DNA of 64,000 nt from Squalus acanthias. Lineage: Eukaryota. Below the pieces are notes generated by a model that made no database searches, was not told the DNA's origin, and saw only the letters and a list, made by a program, of their open reading frames with translations. How positions within the stretch are numbered: position 1 is the stretch's first letter; the number at the start of each line of letters is the position of its first letter. Below are positions 24,995 to 37,701 of the stretch, one piece after another. The stretch is taken from the NCBI GenBank assembly GCA_030390025.1, contig CM059431.1, forward strand, positions 133,240,001-133,304,000. The letters run 5' to 3'. The translations under genes were made by a program, and so were the position numbers.

Positions 24995-25829
24995 CTGCAA
25001 GAGTGATTAAACAGTGATGTCAGCAAATGTTAATACACCACCATGAAAATAACCAGAAAGTTGGTTAAATGAATAATAAAAAAATGCTTGTTCTCGGGAA
25101 TGATTCTTTTTTTGTTGCAGGTTTTTGGCCAATTCTAAAGTTTCTATAATTTATTGACAGTTCACTACAAATCCACAGATCATAGAATCATGGAATAGTA
25201 CAGCACAGAAGGAAACCATTTGGCCCAGCGCGTCTGTGCCAGCTCTTTTGAGGAGCAATCCAGTTAGTCCCACTCCCCCGTTCTTTCCCCATATCCCTGC
25301 AATTTTTTCTCCTTCAAGTATTTATCCAATTTCCTTTTGAAGGCTACTATTGAATCTGTTTCCACCACCCTATCAGGCAGTGCATTCCGAATCCTAACCA
25401 CTCGTTGTGTAAAAGGTTTTTCCTCATGTCGCCTCTGTTTTTTTTGCCAATTACCTTAAGTCTGTGCCCTCTCGTTATCGACCCTTCAGCCATTGGAAAC
25501 AGTTTCTCAGTATTTACTCCATCTAAACCTTTCATGATTTTCAACACCTCTATCTAATCTCCTCTTAGCCTTCTCTGCTCCAAGGAGAACAACCCCAGCT
25601 TCTCCAGTCTATTCATGTAACTGTATTCCCTCATCCCTGGAACCATTCTAGTTAATCTCTTCTGTACCCTCTCCAAAGCCTTCATGTCCTTCCTAAAGTG
25701 TGGTGCCCAGAATTGGACACAATACTCCAGCTGTGGCCGAACTGGTATGGACTGGTTGGGCCGAATGGCCTGTTTCTGTTCCGTATATCTTATGAACTAC
25801 TGTTTCTTACTACGTAATCTTATGAACAG

Positions 25830-26650
25830 TGGTAAATGGAATTTAACCCTGAAAAGTGTGAGGTGATGCATTTTGGGAGGACTAACAAGGCAAGGGAATA
25901 CACAATGAATGGTAGGACCCTAGGAAGGACAGAGGATCAGAGGGACCTTGGTGTGCATGTACATAGATCCCTGAAGGCAGCAGGACAGGTAGATAAGGTG
26001 GTTAAGAAGGCATATGGGATACTTGCCTTCATTAGCTGAGGCACAGAATATAAGAGCAGGGAGGTTATGATGGAGCTGTACAAAACGCTGGTTAGGCCAC
26101 AGCTGGAATACTGTGTACAGTTCTGGTCGCCACACTATAGGAAGGATGTGATTGCATTGGAGAGGGTGCAGAGGAGATTCACCAGGATGTTACCTGGGCT
26201 GGAGTGCTTCAGCTATGAAGAGAGACTGGACAGGCTGGGGTTGTTTTCCTTAGAGCAGAGAAGGCTGAGGGAGGACCTGACTGAGGTGTACAAAATTATG
26301 AGGGGCATAGATAGGATAGATAGAAAGGAACTTTTCCCCTTAGTAAAGGGGTCAATAACCAGGGGGCATAGTTTCAAGGTAAGGGGCAGGAGGTTTAGAG
26401 GGGATTTGAAGAAAAACATTTTCACCCAGAGGGTGGTTGGAATCTGGAACTCACTGCCTGAAAGGGTGGTAGAGGCAGGAACCCTCACAACATTCAAGAA
26501 GCATTTAGATGAGCACTTGAAACGCCATAGCATACAAGGCTACGGACCAAGTGCTGGAAAAAGGTATTAGAATAGACAGGGCTTGATGGCCGGCGCAGAC
26601 ACGACGGGCCGAAGGGCCTCTTTCTGTGCTGAATAACTCTATGACTCTAT
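25830..26650 (+). mobile_element. CR1 LINE 3' portion (nested)
   Basis: ORFs 25836 and 26067; (actctatg)n tail. Confidence 0.93.
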
Positions 26651-26705
26651 GTTTTATATAGGTTTAGCGTAACTTCCTGGCTTCTGTACTCTCTGCCTCT
26701 ATTTA

Positions 26706-27022
26706 TAAAATTGAGAGGTCGCACAACACCAGGTTATAGTCCAACAGTTTTATTTGAAATCACAAGCTTTCGGAACTATCGCTCCTTCCTCAGGTGAAGT
26801 AAATTGGATACAGAATCGTCAGAGCATATATAGATGGAAAAAAAAGCATGTGTACTTTACAATTGCAGACCAATAAATTAAATCATCCTGACTATCTGCC
26901 GAGGTGTGATAAAGTTAATTAAGTCAGCCAGGAAGGTACCACATCAAAAGACATAGCAAGATACAACTGAGACAATGAGGTGAAGTCGCAGGGGTTCTAA
27001 CGTGTCAAAAGCTGCCGTCTGT
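26706..27022 (-). mobile_element. Penelope-like element 3' terminal fragment
   Basis: Near-identical reverse complement of ~63679-63998; flanked by tttataaa on both sides (possible TSD, overlapping the element ends). Confidence 0.88.
26759..26797 (-). ncRNA. Minimal type I hammerhead ribozyme motif
   Basis: Minus strand reads tcac-CTGAGGA-a-ggagc(gata)gttcc-GAAA-gctt-gtga. Confidence 0.7.
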
Positions 27023-27574
27023 TTATAAAGCCCAGGATCTCATATGCTTTATGAACTGCTTTGTTAACCTGTCCTGCCACCTTCAAAGATTTGTGCACAG
27101 ACACCTCCAGGTCTCTCTGTTCTTGCACCCCCTTTAAAATTGCACCATTTAGTGTGTATTGCCTCTCCTCATTCTTCCTACCAAAATGTATCACATCACA
27201 GTTCTCTGTGTTGAATTTCATCTGCCATGTGTCCGCCCATTTCCACCAGCCTGTCTATGTCTTCTTGAAGTCTATTACTATCTTCCTCACTGTTTACTAC
27301 AGTTCCAAGTTTCCTGTCATCTGCAATTTTCAAAATTGTGCCCTGTACCCCCAAGTCCAAGTCATTAATGTATATCAAAAACAGCAGTGGCCCTAATACT
27401 GAACCTTGGGGAATGCTACTGTATACTTCTCTCCAGTCGGAAAAACAGCCATTCACTGCATGTTTTCTATCTCTTAGCCAATTTTGTATCCATGCTGCTA
27501 CTGCCCCTTTTATCCCACGGGCTTCAATTTTGCTAACAAGCCTAGTATGTGGTACTTTATCAAACGCGTTTTGA

Positions 27575-27663
27575 AAAAAATTCTCAAACTACCGTGGTGG
27601 GATTTAAACTCAGGTTCTATGGATTATTAGCCCAGTAATTTAACCACTACACGACCGTACCCA
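27575..27663 (-). mobile_element. tRNA-derived SINE head fragment
   Basis: Minus strand gtgtagtggtta...gagtttaaatcccaccacgg shows A/B-box-like motifs but no complete cloverleaf. Confidence 0.55.
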
Positions 27664-28737
27664 TGGCTGTGACTGTATATGAGTGATTATAAATGTACAT
27701 GTGTGTGTGTAAATTTGCAGAAGTGTAGCTGGAGGATGTGACATATGTGTGGAAAATAAACCCATGAACTCCTCCTTAACAATGTCATATATTAAAATGT
27801 TGCTTTTCAGTGAGGAGAATGTATGGGCATTGCAGCATGTTGGTGTCGTAACACACGGTGTCACAGAGCAGAAACGTGCACCATCTCCCACATTATTCCT
27901 CACTGCAAAACTAAATATCTGGATAAACCAATTTCCTGCATGGAAGAAATGTTGGAGGGGTAATGAATTTTTGACAGCACACACATTATCTCCTTGTGGC
28001 TCAACAAACAGCAGCTTTGGCAAAACCTCTGAGCAATGCCACAGGTGATCGATTAGACAAAATAACTTCTACCAAAGTTTTAACCCCCCCGCCCTCCCTA
28101 AGAGGTAGGAAAGTTACAACCTGACCATTGTAGCATCTCTCCCACCCCCCTCCACTTCGGACAGGGCAGGCAGGTCTAGCCTGATTACAGCTGCACCACA
28201 GCATTTACACTGTCAGATTAAAAGAATAATGCTGAGCAAAAGCTTGCATGTTGCTCCAAGTACATGCACGTACAGAAGTATCTATAGAAACATAGCAGAA
28301 AGAAACAGGCTCTAACTTTCCTTGGTTGTATCTGACCAGCAATGCAATAACAGAAGGTGATGCATTCGACAATCCAATGTGACAGGTTTGCCCAAGATTC
28401 TGTTGCTAAACAAACAACTGCTCCAGTTAGTTAGCATCTTTTCTTCTGTCTATACAAACTATTAAAGCTCTGTCATCAAACCACAAATATACTGCCCCTC
28501 AACAGAAGTAGCATGTGGTGACAGACAGAATTTCATTAATTATTTCCTGAGGCAAACAAAACTCTGAGAATTTTAGGCAAAAATGACAAAGGTGGTCATT
28601 AGAGTATCCCATAGAAATGGCAAACAAGACAAGGTTTATCCACTGCCAAAGCATAAAAAGCTCACTAACCTACCATGCTGAAATAAGAACAGTAATAGTC
28701 TTAAATGTAAGACATTCAAGACCAGAAGACACCAAAT

Positions 28738-29196
28738 CGCTGATTTTCCTGGCTCCCCTCTGTCCCACTTCCTGTACAGACCCAGGAGCACTGGAATTTC
28801 CTGTCCAGGGCTATTTACGTGGCACAGGGGCACCCCCAGTGCAGACCCACCTCTGATAGAACGTAGCGCTGGTGGAAGGGGCAGAAACGTGAGCCACAGA
28901 CATCAAGACCTTCTGGCTGTTGTTGGTCCCACGTACACTGGACTTGCTCAGGGGGTGGGGGTATAAATGCCCCCCAAAAAAAGGCCTACGTTAAAGTCTT
29001 CGGCCTGCTCCAAGGGCCTCTTTGGGCCCTCTTTACTGGCGGGGATCCAGTTCTGCACTGGGATGCCCGGCAAGCGTTGGTACTGCAAAGTGAGGCAGGG
29101 AACGTACCCTCCCACCTCATCCATATGGCTGCGATAGACCTGCATCTATTGCAGACCAAGGCCATGTTCCGCTCCCCCTCACCAGGAAAACCCTGG
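28738..29196. mobile_element. Possible degenerate Harbinger-type MITE
   Basis: GC-rich island bounded by ttttcctgg / ccaggaaaa. Confidence 0.35.
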
Positions 29197-29265
29197 AAAT
29201 AATGGGGCAAAGTAAAATGGGCAGAAACTTGGCAAAGTGAGTCAAACCCCTTTGTCCTGACCTAG

Positions 29266-29712
29266 TGATAGCTTGGCCCAGTGGTAACATTCTCGCCTCT
29301 GAGTCAGAAGGTTATCGGTTGAAGTCATACTCCAGGGACTTGAGCACAAAATTCAGGCTGACACTACAGTGCAGTACCAAGCTGCACTGTCAGCAGTGTT
29401 GTCTTTCAGATGAGATGTTAAACTGAGGCCCCATCTGCATGTTCAGGTGAACATAAAAGATCCCATGGCACTATTTGAAGAAGAGCTGGGGAGGTTTCCT
29501 GGTGTCTTGGCCAACAATTATCTCTCAACCAACTCCACCAAGAACTGATAATTTATCTCATTGCTATTTGTGGGACCTTGGTGTGTGTAAAATGTAGGTG
29601 CAAGTTTGCTTACAAACAGTTCAAAACAAAAGCAGTTCATTGACAGTGAAGCACTTTGGGATATCCCAAGGACACGGAGGATGCTATATAAATGTAAGTT
29701 ATTGCTTTCTTT
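29266..29712 (+). mobile_element. DeuSINE (SacSINE1-like), near full length
   Basis: Head, Deu core (gatgagatgttaaactgaggcccc...aaaagatcccatggcactatttgaagaagagc) and L2-like tail. Confidence 0.87.
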
Positions 29713-29759
29713 GCAATGGGGAAATGAGCTTTCCCTGGGGACAGAGCTGGAGAAAATGA

Positions 29760-30211
29760 AAGAAAGAAGAAAAAGGAACTTGCTTGTTACGACCTCAGAT
29801 GTCCAAAAGCGCTTTACACCCAATCAAGTACTTTTGAAGTATAGTCACTGTTGTACTGTAGGGAACTGCAACAGCTAAGTTGTGCACAGCAAGATCCCCA
29901 AAACAGCAATGAAATAAATGACCAGATATCTCATTTTAGTAATCTTGGTTGATGGATAAATATTGGCCAGGATACCAGAAAAACACCCCTTCTCTTCTTC
30001 GAATAGTGCCTTGGGATCTTTCACATCCACCTGAGAAGGCAGACGAGAGCTTGGTTTAATGTTTCATCTGAAAGATGGCAACTCCGACAGTGCAGCACTC
30101 CCTCAGTACTGCACTGAAATGTCTGTCTAGATATGTGCTCAAGTCTCTGGAATGGGGCTTGAACTCACAACCTTCTGGCTCAGAGGCAAGGGTGCTAATA
30201 CTGAGCCAAGT
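29760..30211 (-). mobile_element. DeuSINE (SacSINE1-like), near full length, tail-to-tail with the previous copy
   Basis: Reverse complement of the same head, core and tail. Confidence 0.87.
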
Positions 30212-30994
30212 CTTCTGACATCTTGGCTCTCAAAGATTCAAAAGTTGACATAAGCTTTATTAGCACAAGATTCAAATCCAAGGCAGGTATTAACTGGTAA
30301 ATGAACACGATGACATTCGAGACATATTTCAAGAATTTTAATACTATTGTGTGCTCTATTCAATTTCCCACTAGAAGCTGCTAAATAAACTCTCCGAGCC
30401 CTGGATAATAAACCATGAGTAAGCCATGATTTTCAGCAAGTTAGAATGTCACACTCGAATAGGTTGCAGTCATGATCACTGCACCAATAAACACATCTTT
30501 TCATGTTATAGGCTTCTGGATTAGAAACATTCTGAAGCAAGTAAGTTCTTGACTGCTAAAGGAAAAAGCCCTGTTTTGATAGTTTGGCTACCTCAGATGC
30601 TGGCCATCAGATGAAGGTTCAGGAAAGTGCTGTGCCATGTTTGGCTCCCCCCTGTGAAAATAAATGCCGCCTATACAAGCTCTGAATACGAGAAGTGCTC
30701 CCCATACTATCACCATATCCTCGCCCCCTTGTACCACCTCCATTTGCATTTGCTTGTTTTTTTTTTAAAGTCTACACATTTGGGCACATGCTTTGTACAC
30801 ATGCAATATCAACATGCAAATATGCACATAAAACTAAAACAAACGCGAAGAAAACACACTGTGGAACTGACTACAAATCTAAAAAGTTCAACAATTTGCT
30901 CACTTGGATGCGATTGCTCAGTCCAATCTAAATATGAGTGCTCGTACTCAATACTGACTGGGTAGTAAGTGAAAAAGAAATTCCACTTCTCAAG

Positions 30995-31805
30995 AACATG
31001 GCAAATGGAATGTAATGTGGAGAAATGTGAAGTTATCCACTTTGGTAGAAAAAAAAGAAAAGCTGAGTATTTTTTTAAATGGTGAGAGATTGGTGTTCAG
31101 AGGGATATGGGTGTCCTGGTACACGAATCACTGAAAGTTAACATGCAGGTACAGTGAGCAATTAGGAAAGCAAATGGTATGTTGGCCTTTATTACAAAAG
31201 GATTTGAGTATCAGAGTAAAGACATCTTACTGCAATTATACAGGGCCCTGGTGAGACCACACCTGGCGTATTGTGTACAGTTTTGGTCTCCTTACCTAAG
31301 GAAGGATATACTTGCCATGGAGGGAGTGCAACAAAGGTTTACCAGACTGGTTCTGGGATGGGGGGATTGTCCTATGAGGAGAGATTGAGTAGACTAGGCC
31401 TATATTTTCTAGAGTTTAGAAGAATGAGAGGTGATCTAATTGAAACATACAAAATTCTTACAGGGCTTGACAGGGTAGATGCTGGGAGGATGTTTCCCCT
31501 GGCTGGGGAGTCTAGAACACGGGATCACAGTCTCAGAATAAGGGGTCGGCCATTTAGGACTGAGATGAGGAGAAATTTCTTCACTCAGAGGGTGGTGAAT
31601 CTTTGGAATTCTCTACCACAGAGGGCTGTGGATGCTCAGTCGTTGAGTATATTCAAGGCAGTGATCGATAGATGTTTGGATATTAAGGGAATCAAGGGAT
31701 ATGGGGAAGGTGGAGTTGAGGTAGAAGATCAGCCATGATCTTATTGAATGGTGGAGCAGGCTCGAAGGGCCGAATGGCCTACTCCTGCTCCTATTTCTTA
31801 TGTTC
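30995..31805 (+). mobile_element. CR1 LINE 3' portion
   Basis: ORFs 31179 and 31271; 3' UTR ...ggccgaatggcctactcctgctcct. Confidence 0.93.
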
Positions 31806-32463
31806 TCTCCCTCTTTTGTTCCTGCCCCTCCCGTTATCACTTGGATGAGTATTATTTTGCAAGGAAGGCTGCATTGGATACCTTGCTGTGTGCCGTGAGC
31901 AGAAACTTAAAACTTCTGAACACATTCCCTTTTAAAGTATGAAGTGAAACATGCACAGTAAGCAACTCAAGCTTGGTGTCACCAATTCACTACTTCCTGA
32001 GTTATCTTGTCTTCTCTTTTATCCTTTTCAGCCTTGGTGGTGTTCTGCACTATGGACTTTGGCCCCTCACCTTGGTTTCTCAAAACAAAAAAAACTAACT
32101 GCTCTACGTAACTGAACACAATATAATGCCTGTCCCATTCTGTCAGTACCACAGCATGAAATCAAGATCTTGCTCAAAGCTTGTAGGTTAATAGCACTGA
32201 AGTTCCCAATTAGTGGTCATATCAACCAGAAGTACATTTAAACACTCCACATATTTCTATATTCAACTCACCTGCTACCCCTCCTTAAGTAATGCAAAAT
32301 GAATGTAGGACAAAAAAGAACAAATTTTAACAAAAGAAAACTAGTTTAACAGTCAGTTTTCCAGAAAATTTTTAACAAAAAAGCTAAACTTTGCATTAAT
32401 AATTACATCCATAAATTACAATACCGATTACATTGTAAAGAAAGAGCTGAAATTCCTACTTAC

Positions 32464-32574
32464 GGTTTGCAATTACAATAGAGCCAAAAGCAACAGTGCT
32501 GACAAAAATCGCACAAAGTGCATCTAACCGAACAGCAAGCCACCGTGAAGTGGACAGAAAAAGGAACCAGGTCT
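32464..32574 (-). CDS. ABCC4: ABCC4/MRP4-like coding exon (human exon 23 equivalent)
   Basis: 111 bp; ctgcag|AG...AACC|gtaagt; (E)[36 protein letters not shown]. Absent from the ORF track. Confidence 0.95.
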
Positions 32575-32704
32575 CTGCAGAAAAAAAGAGGAAATAAAGC
32601 TAAAGAAAATCACAGTGAAATACGCTTTACTATTTTGTCAAAACAATTCAGCACACAGCTTTATGCACAAAATATAATTCTGGGCTGGGGTTAAGTAGGA
32701 ACTT

Positions 32705-34265
32705 GGAAAAGAAGAATCTCAATGGGGTAGAGGAACAAAGGGATCTGGGAGTACAAATATACAAAACACTAAAAGTAGCGACGCAGGTCAATAAGGCCAT
32801 AAAAAAAGCAAACCAAGAACTCGGGTTTATTTCTAGAGGGTTAGAATTAAAAAGTAGAGAAGTTATATTAAAGTATCAAACTTTGGTTAGATCACACTTG
32901 GGAGTTCTGTGTACAGTTTTAGTCGCCATATTATAAAAATGAAACAGAGGCACTGGAGAAGGTGCAAAAAAGATTTACAAGGATGGTACCAGAAATGTGA
33001 GAATATATCTATCTGGAAAGGATAAATAGGCTGGGACACTTTTCTCTTGAAAAGAGAAGGCTGAGGGGTGACCTAATTGAGGTCTTTAAAATTATGAAAG
33101 GTTTTGATAGAATAGACAGTGGGCAGAATTTTCATTGACCCGTGGAGGCGGGTTTGGAGGCATGTGGGGTGGGAAAATAGCAGATTCGGGGGTCCCGAAC
33201 CCATCCCGCCCCCATGCCAGTTTCCCAGGAGGCGGGTACCCGACCTGTGCTGGGACCCGCCTCCCCGAGGCGGGAAGGGGATTAGTGCCAATAAACTGCC
33301 TGTTAACAGGTAGTTAACAGGCAGTTTTTTGCCTAATCCCTATTTTTAGCCCTGAAGTGTGGGCTTCCCGACAGGTCCGAACCACACTGATTTAGTGAGG
33401 TGGACCGTCGGTCTGGAGGGGTCGAGATGATGGGTGCATGAGTGCAGAGGTAAGTGTGTTTGGTGTGTGTAAAGTGTTTTAAGAACTTTTACTTACCTTA
33501 ACTTTGTCCTGCAGGCTTCCTCCCTTCAGTTCTCGGGAGTCCCTCAGCTCACCGGCACAGAAAGCAGAATGGCCGCGGAGCTGTCAAAAGCTGCAGTCTC
33601 TGCTTTCTGTGCGGGATTGATTTCTAACTGAGTCTAAGTACAGGGACTCACGTTAGAAATCATATTGTCAGTGTTTGACAGCTTCACAGAGCTGTCAAAT
33701 GCTGAAATTTCATCTGTCAAAAGCTCTTGACAGATGAAATTTCAATGGCTGACGTCACCTGCATCCAAGGGACCCTTGATTGGCCTGCTGAGCTCGCTGG
33801 GCGGGCTTAACAAGGTCAATCAAGGGAAAATACAGTGGGTTGGCCACAAGTCGATGGAGGCGGGACTACAACCCAAAAAGTGGGAGTCCCGCCTCCATTG
33901 ACAAAATCTAGCCCAGAGTGTCTCCACTTGTGGGGGGGGGGGGGGGGGCAGCAGAACTAGATGCCATCAATATACGATAAGCATCAAGAAATCAAATAGG
34001 GAATCCAGAAGAAACTTCTTTACCCAGAGAGTGGTGAGAATGTGGAACTCGCTACCACAGGGAGTGGTTGAGGCGAATAGTATAGATACATTTAAGGGAT
34101 GGTTAGATAAGCATATGAGGGAGAAGGGAAGAGAGGAATATGCTGATAAGAGTTAGATGAAGAAAGATGGGAGGAGACTTGAGTGGAGCATAAATGCCGG
34201 AATGGACTAGTTGGGTCGAGTGGCCTGTTTCTAGGCTGCATATTATATGCAATTCTATGTAATTA
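32705..34265 (+). mobile_element. CR1 LINE 3' portion interrupted by a MITE
   Basis: ORF 32703 (EEQRDLGVQI...); CR1 sequence resumes collinearly after 33914. Confidence 0.88.
33121..33914. mobile_element. Harbinger-type MITE with internal palindromes
   Basis: Ends GGGCAGAATTTT / AAAATCTAGCCC; subterminal tggaggcggg at both ends; interrupts a CR1. Confidence 0.78.
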
Positions 34266-34376
34266 AGACAACTGAAATCTAAACTGTAAATGTTTCCATC
34301 TATATTATTAAAAGTTTTGACTCTGTAAAATGAATGCAATGGTCTTGATGGCTTTCTATTTGACATTATCAGTTAC

Positions 34377-34522
34377 ATGCTTAGCAGCAACCACCCAGAT
34401 TTAAAAAGAGAAAAAAAGGAGCCATTATACTTGCAGCACCAGCAATGCTGTCTAGTAAAGGAGTAAAGGTAGCATACACGTCCCCAACCCCCAGCACAGA
34501 GGGCTGCTATCATAAGGATGTA
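34377..34522. repeat. Unclassified ~146-bp dispersed repeat, copy 1
   Basis: Direct-orientation match to 48643-48791; 8 mismatches in a 70-bp core. Confidence 0.85.
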
Positions 34523-35732
34523 TACTTCCACTAAGATAACTGCTGGCACTCTTAATCACGCTCTTCACTGTACTCTCCACCAGCAGGTTTTCCCAAGCTG
34601 AGAGCCACGCATGGCTTGAGATTTCTTGTTGCTATTTGATAGGTCCACATTTCAAACAAGCATATTACCAACTCACCATGAGCAATGTGGCAAGAGATCC
34701 ACTAGTTTACAGAAAGAAATGTGCAGCTTCTGCACCGATGGTGCTTCCAATAGGTTTTTCCACACAGACCAGCATGTGGCTGCCACAAAACTAATACCAA
34801 ATATAATGCATTCCCCATGATTTTGACAAGCAGGGAGAGACAGCACTTAATTGCAATTATTTCTAGGCTTCCATGTTTATGACATCACCTTGCATTGTAT
34901 TCTTTAGTGAATACTTTGTTTTAAATATGTTCAAAATTTAATGAAGAAGCAATCTTAAATATGTGATGTCAAACAAGTACATAATTGAAAGGATTTTGTT
35001 GAACACAAACATCTAACGTAAAGCACAGCTGTATTAATAGCTGAAGGCAAATGTGTTTCACCACAGACAATCAATTTCAATTTGAGTTTATGTTTGGCGA
35101 TGAGTGAAGCTGGCAACCACACTATAATTTCTTAATGCAAGCAAGTTTTGCCAGCAAATTAATTACCCACATTTATAGATGTGGGCAATTTGACAGTTCC
35201 ACACAGTAGCTACACAACTGGGAAGTTGAAGAGTGTTCTGAGCAGTTTTTCTGTGAATACAAGTTAAGACTAGTGATGGCAGCAATTATATTCTTACAAC
35301 GTAACTATTTGAACTACAGAAAAGAAAGATAGAAATCAGAGACAACAAAAGGTAGTATATCCATAACAGACAGCAGCACTTCCATTCACAGGTGGGTAAT
35401 CGCCCAAACCCAACATGAGAAATTTGAGATGCATTAATGCTCGAAGACCATGGCTTTTTTCACTTTTTATTTAGTTTATTTATCAGAGCCAATACAAACA
35501 ATGTATGTTGCTGTATCGTCTCAATTTTGGTTCCTATTGTTCAGCATTAAAAAAGATTTTAATTATAAATGGACAGCAATGCAATTATTTCAAACATTAC
35601 ACAAACATTTATTTACACACACATGTATTCACATAAACCCATATACCATCATACAAAACTTTTAAATACCTGAAGGTGATAAGTTTTGTTAAACAATCAT
35701 TCAACACTGCAGCTATTGCACATGAAATGATT

Positions 35733-36156
35733 AACATAGAAACATAGAATCTAGGAGCAGGAGTAGGCCATTCGGCCCGTCGAGCCTGCTCCGCCATTCA
35801 ATACGATCATGGCTGATCATCCAAATCCAGTACCCTGTCCCTGCTTTAATCCCCACAGTACACATATCCCACCCTACCCCCGTAACCCCACGTATTTAAT
35901 TCCCCCTAACATATCCCATCCTATCCCCATAACCCCACATATTTAATCCCCCCTAACACTAAGGGTCAATTTATCATAGCCAAATCAACCTAACCCACAC
36001 ATTTTTGGACTGTGGGAGGAAACCGGAGCACCCGGAGGAAACCCACGCAGACACGGGGAGAATGTGCAAACTCCACACAGACAGTCACCCGAGGTCAGAT
36101 TCGAACCCGGGTCTCTGGCGCTGTGAGGCACCAGTGCTAACCACTATGCCACCGTG
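35733..36156 (-). mobile_element. HE1-type V-SINE
   Basis: tRNA-like head (ggtggcatagtggttagcact...gggttcgaatc), V-domain (gtggagtttgcacattctccccgtgtctgcgtgggtttcctccggg) and CR1/HER1-derived 3' tail. Confidence 0.9.
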
Positions 36157-36285
36157 TTTCTTGGAAATAAAGTGGCTTGCTTCTTGGAAATAAAGTGGAG
36201 TTGAGCCAAACCAAATAAGTCTGCTGGGCTATAAATCATGAACCTGAGAAGCCAAGACTTTAACACATCAACCAAAAATACATTA

Positions 36286-37701
36286 GGGGATAGAGTTTCT
36301 GTTTTGGATGCAATCGACAATCTAGGCGCAAATTGCACTAGTTTTCTGAAGGGAAGTTATGGTGCAAGTTTACGCTCAAATCATTTGCATAATCACAAAT
36401 CTTCCATGAACCAGTGCAGTCAGGTAGTGTTTCAGAACATAATGGCCCGTAATTTCCGATAGGAGGCTTCCTGCGTGCGGATGCCTTCTATCGGGAAAAA
36501 ATCTACGCCCTTACCTGAGGGCTCCCGAGGTCCGGACTCTTCCGCTCCTGGGCCTCTCCTGGTGCACGCGCGCACAGAGGCCCAGGTATCCCAGGGGCGC
36601 AGGCGGTTCGCAAGCGTCCCTGGGATACGTGGGCCAGGCGAGCCAATGGGAGAAGGGAATCCCCCTTCATACTTTTGACAGGTAGACCTGTCAAAAGTAT
36701 GAATGGGGATCACTGAAAAAAGACACTTTTTAAAAAACCATCACGTTTTTAAAATGAGTTAAAATTACATTAAATTAAATATTTTAAACAAAAATGTAAT
36801 TTTTTGAAAAAATAATTAAAGTTTTTTATAGGGCTAAAAATAAACTTACCTTTTTTAAAAGTATTTTTAAATTATAAATGAGTGAAATTTTTTAAAAACT
36901 TTTTAAAACTCTTATGCTGGTAAAAGCAGGCCTTACACCTGCTTTTACCAGGCGTAAGATTTTTAAGGGTTTTCAAGCGGGCGGAGGGTCTCCAGAAAGC
37001 GGAACTCTCCACCCGCAGAGGCCCTTCTCTAGGGCAGGCATCCGATCTGTCAAGAGCATTCTTGACAGATCGGAAATGCCGGTTTTCAGCGCATGCGCTT
37101 CGCATGCCTGAAACCGGCACTTGCGAGGTCCCTATGGGTATGTACACAGCTCGGAAATTACAGCCAAATAGTTTATTTTTTTCCCTTTGCATTAAAAAAT
37201 ATTCCTTGATATATTTAGGTGCATATTTATTGATACAGCTGAACTTGGGTTTATCACAAAAAATAAGCATTTTTAATGAGTGTCGAGTTCACCACCTGTG
37301 AGTAACCTGATTTTAAATAACTGAAAACGACTTTAATAAACTACACGACTACTTACTAGTTTCATTGGTGTACACTAGTCAGTTTCTTAGTAAATTAAAT
37401 ATTTAAAAACTTTTAAAACTTACTAGTGCCATCGAGCCTAAAAAAAAAGCTTAGTTTGAAGAGCCTCCTGGAAGGGCCACAAACGGGCGTAATTGGCGGA
37501 AACTTGCCATGATCATTAATTTGATCTGGGGGCGTGGCTAGCTTTGTGGCAGGGCTGGCTTCCAGCACAATGGTTTTTAAACTGGCGTAAAAGATCGCAG
37601 AAACTTGATTTGTGCTGGACGTAACTTGCGCTGAAAATTCCTTGATCTTTTACGCTGGTTTGGCCGATTTCAGGACAATTACCCAGTGGAAACTCTACCC
37701 C
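36286..37701. mobile_element. Harbinger-type MITE hosting a nested MITE
   Basis: Ends ggggatagagtttc / ggaaactctacccc, as in 24567-24830. Confidence 0.65.
36444..37166. mobile_element. Harbinger-type MITE (nested)
   Basis: TIR GGCCCGTAATTTCCGA / TCGGAAATTACAGCCA; AAT TSD (36441-36443, 37167-37169); a related fragment may occupy 1-160. Confidence 0.82.

Larger units (their letters stand above)
25178..27575 (-). mobile_element. CR1 LINE interrupted by a + strand CR1 and a Penelope fragment
   Basis: Segments 25178-25745, 26650-26705 and 27023-27575 are collinear on the CR1 sequence. Confidence 0.88.

Noticed and set aside
28853..28895. ctgataga...gaaacgt as another hammerhead
   Set aside because: Core is CTGATAGA, not CTGANGA, and there is no convincing stem II.
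36085..36156. tRNA gene
   Set aside because: The tRNA-like sequence runs directly into the V-SINE body; the similar heads at 8005, 23124, 27663, 29266 and 30211 are also SINE heads.
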